Assembly (NCBI GenBank): GCA_027488835.1
Contig: JAIYAW010000001.1
Location: 236,254-300,253 of the forward strand
Source of the DNA: Bacteroidota bacterium
GTDB lineage: Bacteria > Bacteroidota > Bacteroidia > NS11-12g > UBA955
DNA: 64,000 nucleotides
Direction: 5' to 3'
Positions 35,647 to 44,798 of the stretch are shown piece after piece. Each line of letters starts with the position of its first letter. Position 1 is the stretch's first letter. The notes beneath the pieces are model-generated. The model saw only the letters and a program-made list of their open reading frames with translations. It made no database searches and was not told the origin of the DNA. The position numbers and the translations under genes were made by a program.

Positions 35647-38316
35647 TTAATATCCCAAAACAGGACTCAACCAACGCTCAATTTCTTTTACCGTCATTCC
35701 TTTTCTATCTGCATAGTTTTCAACTTGGTCTTTTCCAATTTTGCCTAAACCAAAATACTTGGCGTTTTCATTGGCAAAATAGAATCCACTTACGCTTGCT
35801 GCCGGCATCATTGCCATGCTTTCTGTAAGTGAAATATTTAAGTTGAACTCAGTATCAAATAGGTTAAACAATGTCGATTTTTCGGTATGGTCCGGACAAG
35901 CAGGATATCCTGGAGCTGGTCTAATTCCTACATACTTCTCATGAATAAGTTCTTCGTTTGAAAGGTTTTCACTCGATGCATACCCCCAAAATTCTCTTCT
36001 CACTCTTGCATGTAAATATTCAGCCAAACTTTCAGCCAATCTATCTGCCAAGGATTTGGCCATAATGCTATTATAATCGTCTAGATTTTCTTCAAACGCT
36101 TTTACAATTGGGTCAAGGTTTAAACCTGCAGTAACCGCAAATCCCCCCATAAAATCAATTTCATTTGGAGCAAGGTAATCGGCAAGTGATAAATTTGGAA
36201 CACCAACCGACATTTTACGTTGTTGACGCAAGAAATGGAACTGGCTAATTTGTTCAGTACCTTCTGCATTCAAGACCGCAACATCGTCGTTTGTGCGTTT
36301 TACTGGCAATATGAAATAGGTTGCTTCGCAAGAAATAGGTTGGGTATTTTCCCAGTCGTTAAGCATCGCTTGGGCATCATGGAATAGCTTTGTTGCTTCA
36401 ATACCAACAATCTCATCGGTTAGAATATCTGGAAAACGTCCTGCTAGTTCCCAAGTTTGGAAAAATGGTGTCCAGTCAATTGTTTCCCTCAAGGCCTTTA
36501 AATCAATATCTTTCAATTGAAAGAAACCAACGTTATTAGGTTTCGCAACGATGCCGTTATGCGGCAATTGGTTTGCCAAAGCGTTGGCATATGCAATGAT
36601 GTCCTTGTTCAATTGGCGTTTTGCGTGAGATTCTGCCAACTCAGTATATTCTTGACGAAGTTTTTCTGAGAAAATATGATAAGTATCAGGACTTAGTAAT
36701 TGTCCAGCAACTGGCACCGAACGACTGGCATCCAAAACGTGAATAATTGGGTATTGATATTGCGGAGCAATTTTGACCGCTGTATGCACTCTCGAAGTGG
36801 TGGCACCACCAATAAGCAATGGTTGTTTCATTCCCAAGCGCTGCATTTCAGAGGCAACGTGTACCATTTCATCGAGGCTTGGGGTAATTAATCCGCTGAG
36901 ACCAATGATATCGGCACCCCATTCTCTGGCACGCGCTAAAATTTTATCGGCAGGAACCATTACACCCATATCTTCAATGTCGTAGTTATTGCAGGCTAAA
37001 ACAACCCCCACAATATTTTTCCCAATGTCGTGAACATCTCCTTTTACCGTTGCCAACAATATTTTACCTTGTGCGCGTGCATTGGGATTGTTTAATTTTT
37101 GTGCTTCTAAAAATGGTTGCAAATAGGCAACTGACTTTTTCATTACGCGGGCAGATTTTACCACTTGTGGCAAAAACATTTTACCTGCGCCAAAAAGATC
37201 TCCCACATAGTTCATTCCCGCCATCAAAGGTCCCTCAATAACCCCCAAAGGATCATCGAGTTTGTCTAATGCTTCTTGGGTATCTTGGTCAATAAATTCG
37301 GTAATTCCTTTTACTAAACTGTGTTTTAGTCGTTCTTCAACAGAAAATCCCCTCCATTCTTGTTCTTCAACTTTTTCAACTTTTTTGCCTTTTACAGTAT
37401 CTGCAAAAGTGACCAAACGCTCTGTGGCATCGTCTCTGCGATTTAGCAAAACATCTTCAACGTGGGTAAGAAGGTCTTTTGGAATTTCTTCGTAAACCTC
37501 AATCATACCAGCGTTTACAATTCCCATATCCAAACCAGCTTGAATTGCATGGTAAAGAAAAGCTGAATGCATGGCTTCTCTTACAGGGTCGTTCCCTCTA
37601 AAAGAAAAAGAAATATTTGAAATACCGCCGCTTACTTTAGCCCCTGGAAGATTTTGCTTAATCCAACGGGTGGCATTGATAAAGTCAACAGCGTAATTGT
37701 TATGTTCGTCAATACCGGTTGCAACGGTTAAAATGTTTGGATCAAAAATGATATCATTGGGATTGAAGTTGGCTTTTCCAACCAACAAATCATAACTGCG
37801 TTTGCAAACAGCAATTTTTCTTTCAAATGAATCGGCTTGTCCAGTTTCGTCAAAAGCCATCACCACAACTGCGGCACCATAGCGTTTAACGAGAGAAGCC
37901 TTTTTCAAGAAGGCCTCTTCTCCATCTTTGAGGGATATTGAATTTACAATACCTTTCCCTTGCAAACACTTAAGTCCCGCCACAATCACATCCCATTTAC
38001 TGCTATCAATCATGATAGGCACACGAGAAATATCTGGCTCAGAGGCAATTAAATTCACGAATGTTGTCATGGCTTGCGCGCCGTCTAACATTCCTTCATC
38101 CATATTGATATCAATGATTTGTGCGCCATTTTCAACTTGCTGACGCGCAATATCTAAACCGGCATTATAGTCGCCATTTAAAATAAGTTTGGCAAACTTT
38201 TTGCTTCCTGTTACATTGGTTCTTTCACCAATATTTACAAAGTTAATGTCGGGAGTTAGCGTAAATGGTTCAAGACCACTTAGCCTAAGATATGGATGAA
38301 TAACAGTTTTAGTCAC
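35647..38316 (-). CDS. metH: Cobalamin-dependent methionine synthase lacking the N-terminal homocysteine-binding domain (pterin-binding, B12-binding and AdoMet-activation domains only)
   Basis: Starts at the pterin domain (LRLSGLEP...[15 protein letters not shown]...[10 protein letters not shown]). It has the B12 motif (DVHDIGKN) and the reactivation domain ([16 protein letters not shown]...). The 889 aa align to E. coli MetH residues ~350 to the end. GTG start. Confidence 0.85.
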   Translation of the reverse strand: MTKTVIHPYLRLSGLEPFTLTPDINFVNIGERTNVTGSKKFAKLILNGDYNAGLDIARQQVENGAQIIDINMDEGMLDGAQAMTTFVNLIASEPDISRVPIMIDSSKWDVIVAGLKCLQGKGIVNSISLKDGEEAFLKKASLVKRYGAAVVVMAFDETGQADSFERKIAVCKRSYDLLVGKANFNPNDIIFDPNILTVATGIDEHNNYAVDFINATRWIKQNLPGAKVSGGISNISFSFRGNDPVREAMHSAFLYHAIQAGLDMGIVNAGMIEVYEEIPKDLLTHVEDVLLNRRDDATERLVTFADTVKGKKVEKVEEQEWRGFSVEERLKHSLVKGITEFIDQDTQEALDKLDDPLGVIEGPLMAGMNYVGDLFGAGKMFLPQVVKSARVMKKSVAYLQPFLEAQKLNNPNARAQGKILLATVKGDVHDIGKNIVGVVLACNNYDIEDMGVMVPADKILARAREWGADIIGLSGLITPSLDEMVHVASEMQRLGMKQPLLIGGATTSRVHTAVKIAPQYQYPIIHVLDASRSVPVAGQLLSPDTYHIFSEKLRQEYTELAESHAKRQLNKDIIAYANALANQLPHNGIVAKPNNVGFFQLKDIDLKALRETIDWTPFFQTWELAGRFPDILTDEIVGIEATKLFHDAQAMLNDWENTQPISCEATYFILPVKRTNDDVAVLNAEGTEQISQFHFLRQQRKMSVGVPNLSLADYLAPNEIDFMGGFAVTAGLNLDPIVKAFEENLDDYNSIMAKSLADRLAESLAEYLHARVRREFWGYASSENLSNEELIHEKYVGIRPAPGYPACPDHTEKSTLFNLFDTEFNLNISLTESMAMMPAASVSGFYFANENAKYFGLGKIGKDQVENYADRKGMTVKEIERWLSPVLGY

Positions 38317-38322
38317 TTGATT

Positions 38323-40731
38323 TTAAAATAGGGAAGGCCATTTTGTCGGATTCGCTTCATGCATCAATTGATACACAGAGGCAAATACTTCATCGGCACT
38401 TGGTTTGGAAAAATAATCACCATCACTACCGTAAGCAGGTCTATGTGCTTTGGCCGTAATTGTTAATGGTTTGCTATCTAAATATTTATAAGCTTCTTGA
38501 TTTTCTAAAACTTGTTGCATCATAAAAGCAGAGGCACCACCAGGAACGTCTTCATCAAGGAAAACCACGCGGTTGGTATTTTTAATGCTTTCTACAATTG
38601 AATGGTTTATATCAAATGGCAATAAGGTTTGTGCATCAATAATTTCCAAGCGTATACCCACTTCTGCAAGCATATCTGCTGCTTCGGTAGCAATGCGACA
38701 ACATGAACCATAGGTTACCAAAGTAACATCTTCACCAAAGCGAAGTATGTCTGGTTTTCCTAGAGGGACTGTAAAGTCTGCAATATTGGTAGGCATTTTT
38801 TCTTTGATACGGTAACCGTTCAAACATTCAATTACCAAGGCAGGATCATCAGATTTCAAAAGGGTATTGTACATACCAGAAGCTTGGGTCATGTTTCGTG
38901 GAACACAAACATGCATTCCTCTTACCGCATTGATGATCATTCCCATTGGAGAACCACTGTGCCAAATACCTTCTAAACGGTGTCCTCTCGTTCTCACAAT
39001 AACCGGAGATTTTTGTCCACCTTTGGTTCTGTATTGCATGGTTGCCAAATCATCGCTCATCGGTTCTAAAGCATATAGCAAATAATCGAGATATTGAATT
39101 TCAGCAATTGGTCTTAATCCACGCATGGCGGCACCAATTCCTTCACCTAGAATACTCCATTCGCGGATACCTTTGTCGGTAACGCGGAGTTCACCAAATT
39201 TCTCTTGTAAACCTGAAAATCCTTGGTTTACATCTCCAATTTTTCCTACGTCTTCACCAAAAGCAAAGATTCTAGGGTCGCGATCCATGTTTGCTTCAAA
39301 GCAAGCACGAACAACTTGGTATCCATCAACAATTTCATCAGAATAAGTTGCAGGAATTTCTTGCACATCAAGTGCATTGTATTTGCTTTCACTGGTTAGG
39401 TGAGAACTATAACGGTTGCCATTTAAATCATTAAATTTCACCAAATAATCTAACAACGGTTGGCGAGCAGCCGGGTTATAACTAACAGTAATTCTCAAGC
39501 ATTTGTGAAGTGCATTTCCAATATCGCGGCGTATTGGATCTTTGATACTTTGCACACCCAATGAAATTTGTTCAATTGCCTCCCGCTCGATATTATTTAC
39601 CATCATGGAATTCATGACCGCAACAAATTCTGAAACTTCGCTTTTGATAGAACTTGAAAAATCTGACCATGCGCTTTTTTGCGCATTTTTTACATATTCG
39701 GTTGCATTTTTTTCCAATTCATCAAGTGTAGTTTCGTTTGCAAATTGATTGTCTAGAATCCATTTACGCATTTGGGTAATACAATCAAAATCGATTTCCC
39801 ATTGCAATCGTTCTTTGGTCTTATAACGCTCGTGGCTCCCACTGGTAGAATGTCCTTGAGGCTGAGTTACTTCGGTAACATGCACCAAAGCAGGAGTGTG
39901 TTTTGTACGACAAACATCGGCAGCTTGTTTATATGCATTGCAAAGCTCAGCATAGTTCCAACCGCGTGCATGAAATATTTCCATACCCGTACCATTTTTA
40001 TCGGTTTCAAAACCTTTTAAAATGGTTGAAATATTTTCTTTGGTTGTTTGATATTTTGCAGGAACGGAAATTCCGTAACCGTCATCCCAAACGCTCATAA
40101 GCATTGGAACTTGCATTACACATGCAGCATTTAATACTTCCCAAAAAACACCTTCGGATGTTGATGCATTTCCAATAGTACCAAAAGCAATTTCATTTCC
40201 TTTGTTAGAAAAATCAGTAAACTGATGTAAGTCTTTGTTCTCCCTATAAAGCTTTGAAGCAACTGCCAATCCAAGCAAACGGGGCATTTGTCCTGCAGTT
40301 GGCGAAATGTCGGCACTCACATTAAAACGGTCCGATTGGGTAAGCCATTCGCCTTTGTCATCGAGCAAACGGGTAGCAAAATGTCCATTCATGCTTCGAC
40401 CGCCGCTGGCTGGTTCTTTTTCTACGGATGGATCAGCATAGAGTTGTGCAAAAAATTGTTGCACATTGGATAGCCCTTTTGCAAACATAAAAGTTTGGTC
40501 GCGGTAATAGCCACTGCGCCAATCGCCAAGTTCAAAAACTTTAGCCATTGCCAACTGGGCAACTTCTTTACCATCTCCAAATATTCCAAATTTTGCTTTG
40601 CCTGTAAGTACTTCTTTTCTTCCTGTTAGTGAAGTCTGTCTACTTTCAAAGGCAATGCGATAATCGTCAAGAACTTGATTTATAAATGCATCTTTGCTTA
40701 GTTCTTCTGGTTTTTTTACTACCTCTTGCAT
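38323..40731 (-). CDS. Fused E1-alpha/E1-beta thiamine-diphosphate-dependent 2-oxo-acid dehydrogenase component
   Basis: An alpha-like TPP-binding half and a beta-like transketolase-pyrimidine half (FGEDVGKIGDVNQGFSGLQEKFGELRVTDKGIRE...). ATG 40731 is preferred over the track's TTG 40749 because a TATCTTTG box abuts it. Confidence 0.7.
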   Translation of the reverse strand: MQEVVKKPEELSKDAFINQVLDDYRIAFESRQTSLTGRKEVLTGKAKFGIFGDGKEVAQLAMAKVFELGDWRSGYYRDQTFMFAKGLSNVQQFFAQLYADPSVEKEPASGGRSMNGHFATRLLDDKGEWLTQSDRFNVSADISPTAGQMPRLLGLAVASKLYRENKDLHQFTDFSNKGNEIAFGTIGNASTSEGVFWEVLNAACVMQVPMLMSVWDDGYGISVPAKYQTTKENISTILKGFETDKNGTGMEIFHARGWNYAELCNAYKQAADVCRTKHTPALVHVTEVTQPQGHSTSGSHERYKTKERLQWEIDFDCITQMRKWILDNQFANETTLDELEKNATEYVKNAQKSAWSDFSSSIKSEVSEFVAVMNSMMVNNIEREAIEQISLGVQSIKDPIRRDIGNALHKCLRITVSYNPAARQPLLDYLVKFNDLNGNRYSSHLTSESKYNALDVQEIPATYSDEIVDGYQVVRACFEANMDRDPRIFAFGEDVGKIGDVNQGFSGLQEKFGELRVTDKGIREWSILGEGIGAAMRGLRPIAEIQYLDYLLYALEPMSDDLATMQYRTKGGQKSPVIVRTRGHRLEGIWHSGSPMGMIINAVRGMHVCVPRNMTQASGMYNTLLKSDDPALVIECLNGYRIKEKMPTNIADFTVPLGKPDILRFGEDVTLVTYGSCCRIATEAADMLAEVGIRLEIIDAQTLLPFDINHSIVESIKNTNRVVFLDEDVPGGASAFMMQQVLENQEAYKYLDSKPLTITAKAHRPAYGSDGDYFSKPSADEVFASVYQLMHEANPTKWPSLF

Positions 40732-40736
40732 TACCG

Positions 40737-40744
40737 CAAAGATA
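40737..40744 (-). promoter_or_regulatory. -7 box TATCTTTG, 5 nt upstream of the E1 alpha/beta ATG (putative E1–metH operon promoter)
   Basis: Minus strand reads TATCTTTGCGGTAATG. Coordinates are approximate to within 1 nt. Confidence 0.35.
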
Positions 40745-41098
40745 GGCAAATAAATTAGATTGGAATTGCCAAAAAAGCAATATCAATGTCGCTGCCATTT
40801 TTGAAATTTCCTTTTTTAAGACTAACCAAAGGAAAAGCTTTTTTGACTGATTAAAATTCAGTTAGACATGAATAATTTGACTCACATCATTTTATAAATA
40901 AGCTGAAATAATTTCACGTTCAATTGAAAGCAGGATTTTAAATTTACCGAATATTCGTTAGATAATAGATGGCTTTTTTGAAAGAATAAAAGCGTTTTTT
41001 ACAGCAGAAATTTTGGATCTGTAATTCAAGGCAATGTAATCTTTTTGGTATTTTTCCTTGAATTCTAATTTTTAAAATCACTAGCCTTAACTTTGAAC

Positions 41099-44000
41099 AT
41101 GCAATTTTTGAAAATGCTTTTTTGGGCGATCTTTTTCATGGCAACTTCTGCCAATGCCCAAACGCCTCAGTTAACACGCGACATTAACACCACTTATTTA
41201 AATGGATACCCTACTGCCCTATGCGCTGTAGGTGGTTATTTCTATTTCAATGGAACCCATGTAAGTTCAGGAACAGAGTTGTGGCGTTCAGATGGAACAA
41301 CCGCTGGCACAAAACTATTTGCCGACATTGTTAAAGGTACAGCCTCTTCTGATCCAGTAGCGCTTACCAAAGTTGGGAGTACCCTGTTTTTTATTGCCAC
41401 TACAGCTGAATTTGGACGTGAACTTTGGAAGCTTGATAGCGGTGCTTCAGCGCCTGTGATGGTAAAAGACATTAGAACCGGAACCGGTAATTCTGGTGTT
41501 GTTGGTTTGTTTGCTTACAAAAATAAATTGTATTTCTCTGCAGGAGCAAGTGCAAGCGGTGATTATGAACTTTACACCAGCGATGGAACAGATACTGGTA
41601 CTTATATGGTGAAAGATATTAATTCGGGAACAGCCAACTCTCAGCCTTATTTGTTTACAATTTGTAAAGATATTCTCTACTTTGTTGCCACTTCTTCAAA
41701 TTCGGGTCAGGAGCTTTGGCGTACCGATGGTACCGCAAATGGAACCTATTTAGTGAAAGATGTTTATCCTGGAACTTCGGGTTCCAGTATTTCTTCATTG
41801 GCAGCCTATAAAGATACACTTTACTTTAATGCTTCAAGTCCCGGAACTCCCTCAACCTACCTTGGTTTGTGGAAATCAGATGGCACAGACACCGGTACCC
41901 AAAAAGTCCCCTCTGCAACTGCAACCGCTTACTCAAGTGTTAATTATCTTACGGTTTGTAATAAATGGCTTTATTTTTCGGCTTATAACGCGACGGTAGG
42001 ACAAGAATTGTTTCGTACCAATGGTCAAAAAGTTTTTTTGATGAAGGACATTGATCCGGGAAATACGGGTTCTGCACCGATGAGTTTGGTTGCAGTTGAT
42101 ACTATTTTGTATTTTACGGCTACAGGTTATAATGGAAGAGAACTTCACCGTTGTGGTGGAACTACCGCAACAACTGGATTGATCCGTGATTTATACCCCA
42201 TTCAAACTGATGCTCAAATCAACAACATGACTGCTGTTGGCAATACCTTGTTTTTTACTGCTCAACAAACCCCAAATTATGGAGATATAGAACTTTTTAA
42301 ATGTATGGGTACTTCAATTTCAAGGGTAAAAGATATTTGGGCTGGCGCAGCAGGTTCGAGTCAACCTACAAATTTTTACGCTTGGAATAACAAACTTTAT
42401 TTTTCAGCAAACGACAATATTGTAGGTAGAGAATTGTGGACATCAGATGGCACTTCTTCTGGAACCGTGTTGTTGAAAGATGTCAATAACGGAACTTTGG
42501 GAAGCGGCATTACATCCATTGCAGAATATCCGGGTGGAGTAATGTTCAATGCCAATGAGCCAACTTTCAAAGATGAACTTTGGAGAAGCGCAGGTGATTC
42601 TTCTAAAACAAAAATGGTGAAGGACATAGGAACCAATTCGCCTTATTCATCTACCCCAAGAAAATTAAGAAGTGTAAATGGCAAGGTGTTCTTTACTACC
42701 GAACCTTATTCGTCTTATGGTGAGCATTTCTATTCAGATGGAAAGAATGTAACAGAGGTTACTGTGAGTAGTAGCTATTATGGACAACCCGACAACTGGA
42801 CATCTTTCAATGGAAAAGTATATTTCACTTGGAACCAAAGTAGCTTTTATCCTGATTTATATTACGTTACTCCAACCAATTCTGGTTCAAAAGTAATGAC
42901 ACTAGACATTAGTAAACTCGGCGACAGGGTTTCAAACTTAACCGTATTTAAAGACCAACTATTTTTCTGCGCATCTGATGGCACTTCAGGAACTGGTGTT
43001 GAATTATATAAAGCGTCTAAAACGAATGCTGTTTCTTTGGTGAAGGACATTTATTCTGGTTACAGTTCAAGCAACCCTAGCAATTTGACTGTTTTAGATA
43101 CAGCACAAATGTTGTTTGTGGCAAGCAATAATAATTTTGGCAGTGAACTATATACAACAGACGGCACCCTATCTGGAACCAAATTATTGAAGGACATTGT
43201 TTCTGGTGCAAACAGTTCAGGTCCCTCAAATTTGAAAAAGTTTGGAAAATATATCTACTTCTCTGCAACTACTGCAAACGATGGGCGTGAACTTTGGAGA
43301 ACCGATGGAACTGCTTCGGGTACGGTATTGTTTAGCGATATTAATTCAGGTTCAGCGAGTAGCTCTCCTTCAAACTTTGTGGTTGTTGATACATTGATGT
43401 ATTTCCTTGCCGACGATGGCACAAATGGAATTGAACTTTGGGCAACCGATGGAACGCAAAACGGTACCTATTTGGTTAGCGACATTGTGAAAGGAAGTGC
43501 AACTTCAAATGTATTAAACTTAACGCCTGTGGGTAAATGGTTGTACTTTACTGCAAATGATGGAACACATGGTCAAGAGCTTTGGAAAACCAATGGCAAA
43601 GCAACTTATATGCTTGCTGAAGTATATGAAGGACCAGAAAGTACAAATCCTTCATTGTTGACATTACACAACGATACGTTGTTTTTTACCGCTGATCATC
43701 CAGAATTTGGAAACGAATTGTGGTATGTATATACCAAATGCATGAAAGTTGATTTTAAAAATACAACTACTTGTTTGGGAACTCCAATGGAATTTAAAAA
43801 CACTACAGATAGCTTTGGTAGGTTAATTACCGGTACAACTTGGAACTTTGGTGATACCATTATGAATACTTTGAATAAAACTACACAATGTGTTTTTTCA
43901 AATGCGGGTAAATTCAAAGTTTCATTAACAGTTACAAACGAAGATGGTTGTTCTGAAACAAAAAGCGATTCTGTAATAGTTTACGATAAACCAGTTGCCA

Positions 44001-44755
44001 AATTCACCGTGAATAACGATAGCCAATGTTTGGCTACCAATGCATTTTCATTTACCAACGTTTCAACGCCCATCAAAGCATTGAAACACGAATGGAATTA
44101 TGGCGTGGGTGCATTAGATACTATGAAAATGGGCTATAAGAAATATACCTTGAAAGGCAGTTATCGCGTGAAATTGATAGAGCGTTTGGGTACCTTATGT
44201 AGCGATTCAATGATTGATACAGTTACCGTATTGCCAATGCCAATAGATATTTCTGTTGTTGGAAAATCAACCACACTTTCGGCCCAAGATACATTCAATG
44301 CTGTGGTTGCTAAAATCAAGTCGAACTACAATTGGGTTATTACAGGTGGTACAAAATTAGCTGGTGGAACAACGAGTCAAATTGTCGTAAAATGGAATAC
44401 ACCTCCAATAACAGCATCTATCAAAGTAACAGAAACCGACAGTTTTGGTTGTGTGGGTCTACAAAAGTCAAAATCGGTAATCGTGCAAAAACCTGTTTCT
44501 ATAAAAAAATACAACGATAACGCATTTGAGTTATTTCCGAATCCAAGCAGCGGCATCATTCATCTAAATGTATCAGAAAGAATTGCAAAAAATGCAACTT
44601 GTTCATTGTATAATTCTTTGGGACAATTGATTAAGGAAGGCATTCAAATACAAAATGGAAATGCAATTGATCTATCAGACTTGCCTAAAGGAATGTATAC
44701 GCTTTCTGTGATTTCAAACGGTGAATTCCGTTCGAAGAAATTTGTACTTCAATAG
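41099..44755 (+). CDS. ELWxxDGT-repeat protein with PKD-like domains and a T9SS C-terminal sorting domain
   Basis: Signal peptide (MQFLKMLFWAIFFMATSANAQ); about 17 degenerate approx. 50-aa repeats containing G(R/Q)ELW(R/K)(S/T)DGT; Cys-containing PKD-like modules; a T9SS CTD (FELFPNPSSGIIHLNV...GMYTLSVISNG...FVLQ). The track start is TTG 41093. Confidence 0.75.
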   Translation: MQFLKMLFWAIFFMATSANAQTPQLTRDINTTYLNGYPTALCAVGGYFYFNGTHVSSGTELWRSDGTTAGTKLFADIVKGTASSDPVALTKVGSTLFFIATTAEFGRELWKLDSGASAPVMVKDIRTGTGNSGVVGLFAYKNKLYFSAGASASGDYELYTSDGTDTGTYMVKDINSGTANSQPYLFTICKDILYFVATSSNSGQELWRTDGTANGTYLVKDVYPGTSGSSISSLAAYKDTLYFNASSPGTPSTYLGLWKSDGTDTGTQKVPSATATAYSSVNYLTVCNKWLYFSAYNATVGQELFRTNGQKVFLMKDIDPGNTGSAPMSLVAVDTILYFTATGYNGRELHRCGGTTATTGLIRDLYPIQTDAQINNMTAVGNTLFFTAQQTPNYGDIELFKCMGTSISRVKDIWAGAAGSSQPTNFYAWNNKLYFSANDNIVGRELWTSDGTSSGTVLLKDVNNGTLGSGITSIAEYPGGVMFNANEPTFKDELWRSAGDSSKTKMVKDIGTNSPYSSTPRKLRSVNGKVFFTTEPYSSYGEHFYSDGKNVTEVTVSSSYYGQPDNWTSFNGKVYFTWNQSSFYPDLYYVTPTNSGSKVMTLDISKLGDRVSNLTVFKDQLFFCASDGTSGTGVELYKASKTNAVSLVKDIYSGYSSSNPSNLTVLDTAQMLFVASNNNFGSELYTTDGTLSGTKLLKDIVSGANSSGPSNLKKFGKYIYFSATTANDGRELWRTDGTASGTVLFSDINSGSASSSPSNFVVVDTLMYFLADDGTNGIELWATDGTQNGTYLVSDIVKGSATSNVLNLTPVGKWLYFTANDGTHGQELWKTNGKATYMLAEVYEGPESTNPSLLTLHNDTLFFTADHPEFGNELWYVYTKCMKVDFKNTTTCLGTPMEFKNTTDSFGRLITGTTWNFGDTIMNTLNKTTQCVFSNAGKFKVSLTVTNEDGCSETKSDSVIVYDKPVAKFTVNNDSQCLATNAFSFTNVSTPIKALKHEWNYGVGALDTMKMGYKKYTLKGSYRVKLIERLGTLCSDSMIDTVTVLPMPIDISVVGKSTTLSAQDTFNAVVAKIKSNYNWVITGGTKLAGGTTSQIVVKWNTPPITASIKVTETDSFGCVGLQKSKSVIVQKPVSIKKYNDNAFELFPNPSSGIIHLNVSERIAKNATCSLYNSLGQLIKEGIQIQNGNAIDLSDLPKGMYTLSVISNGEFRSKKFVLQ

Positions 44756-44786
44756 AATCTATTTCTTTTGAGGGACGTTTTCTCTG

Positions 44787-44794
44787 TAACTTTG
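44787..44794 (+). promoter_or_regulatory. -7 box TAACTTTG, 4 nt upstream of the uvrB ATG
   Basis: TAACTTTGCAGTATG is almost identical to the purK arrangement. Confidence 0.4.
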
Positions 44795-44798
44795 CAGT

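Noticed and set aside
40750-41092. Cobalamin or SAM riboswitch, tRNA, tmRNA or RNase P RNA in the 343-nt spacer
   Set aside because: Reading both strands, I found no B12 box (GCCACTG), no SAM-I/II signature and no tRNA-like T-arm (GGTTCGAAT) or CCA end. Only an AT-rich hairpin with a T-tract is present, and it is reported as a low-interest observation instead.
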